This document shows positions 63,648 through 64,000 of a DNA stretch of 64,000 nt, in pieces. How positions within the stretch are numbered: the stretch's first letter is position 1; each line of letters starts with the position of its first letter. Under the pieces are notes generated by a model. It was not told the DNA's origin, made no database searches, and was given only the letters and a program-made list of their open reading frames with translations. Source of the DNA: Octopus sinensis (taxonomy: Eukaryota); NCBI RefSeq assembly GCF_006345805.1, contig NC_043015.1:13020001-13084000 (forward strand), written 5' to 3'. The translations under genes were made by a program, and so were the position numbers.

Positions 63648-64000
63648 CTTGATTTATGAAATTGTCTCTGCCTTTAGAGGATGTGCCATAATTACCAAAT
63701 GGCAATTAAAAGCAGTGCCATATGAAAAGGGAAGATAATCTCAAGACTCAAAAATTCTCCAATGTAGATATACCAAAGAAAGGGACAGGCTTATTGTCTA
63801 GAGATAAAAGAAAAGTTGTGGACACATGCTTCTTCTTCAATAGTTATCATCTACACAACTATTGTCCAACCTTATTTCCACTAGCCAAGACACTTAGATA
63901 TGCACTAAAAGAGTAGAACATGTTTAAGAAGGTAATTTGTATAATTTAAAAATGTGCCAAGAGAAATAACTCGGAGTGGCCAGTGGCATGTATTTGAACA

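Overview
AT-rich, repeat-dense eukaryotic genomic DNA. The SINE and RTE-LINE repeats look like those of octopus genomes, so the source is probably an Octopus species (inference; no search was run). Two genes sit head-to-head with only 333 bp between their start codons. On the minus strand is palmitoyl-protein thioesterase 1 (PPT1/CLN1), with coding exons 1-4 at 22281-22380, 16469-16578, 5470-5597 and 1974-2044; the remaining exons lie left of the window. On the plus strand is TMEM65, with exon 1 at 22714-22975 and a probable exon 2 at 61215-61272 after an intron of about 38 kb. Everything else is intronic: many tRNA-derived SINEs, decayed RTE LINEs, an RT-less Ty3/gypsy LTR element whose 5' LTR is cut by an ORF1-only zinc-knuckle retroelement, Tigger/pogo and DD37D transposase relics, a 29-bp minisatellite, microsatellites and one 100-N gap. 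The most striking unexplained structure is a perfect 136-bp palindrome (20962-21097) in PPT1 intron 1. It encodes a near-canonical type I hammerhead ribozyme on each strand, so a transcript would carry the ribozyme's own antisense immediately upstream. Other notable structures are a long diverged inverted duplication (62455-63647) and a 21-bp motif array spaced by different microsatellites. No prokaryotic genes, CRISPR arrays, rRNA or true tRNA genes are supported. Repeat boundaries are by eye and approximate unless stated as exact.
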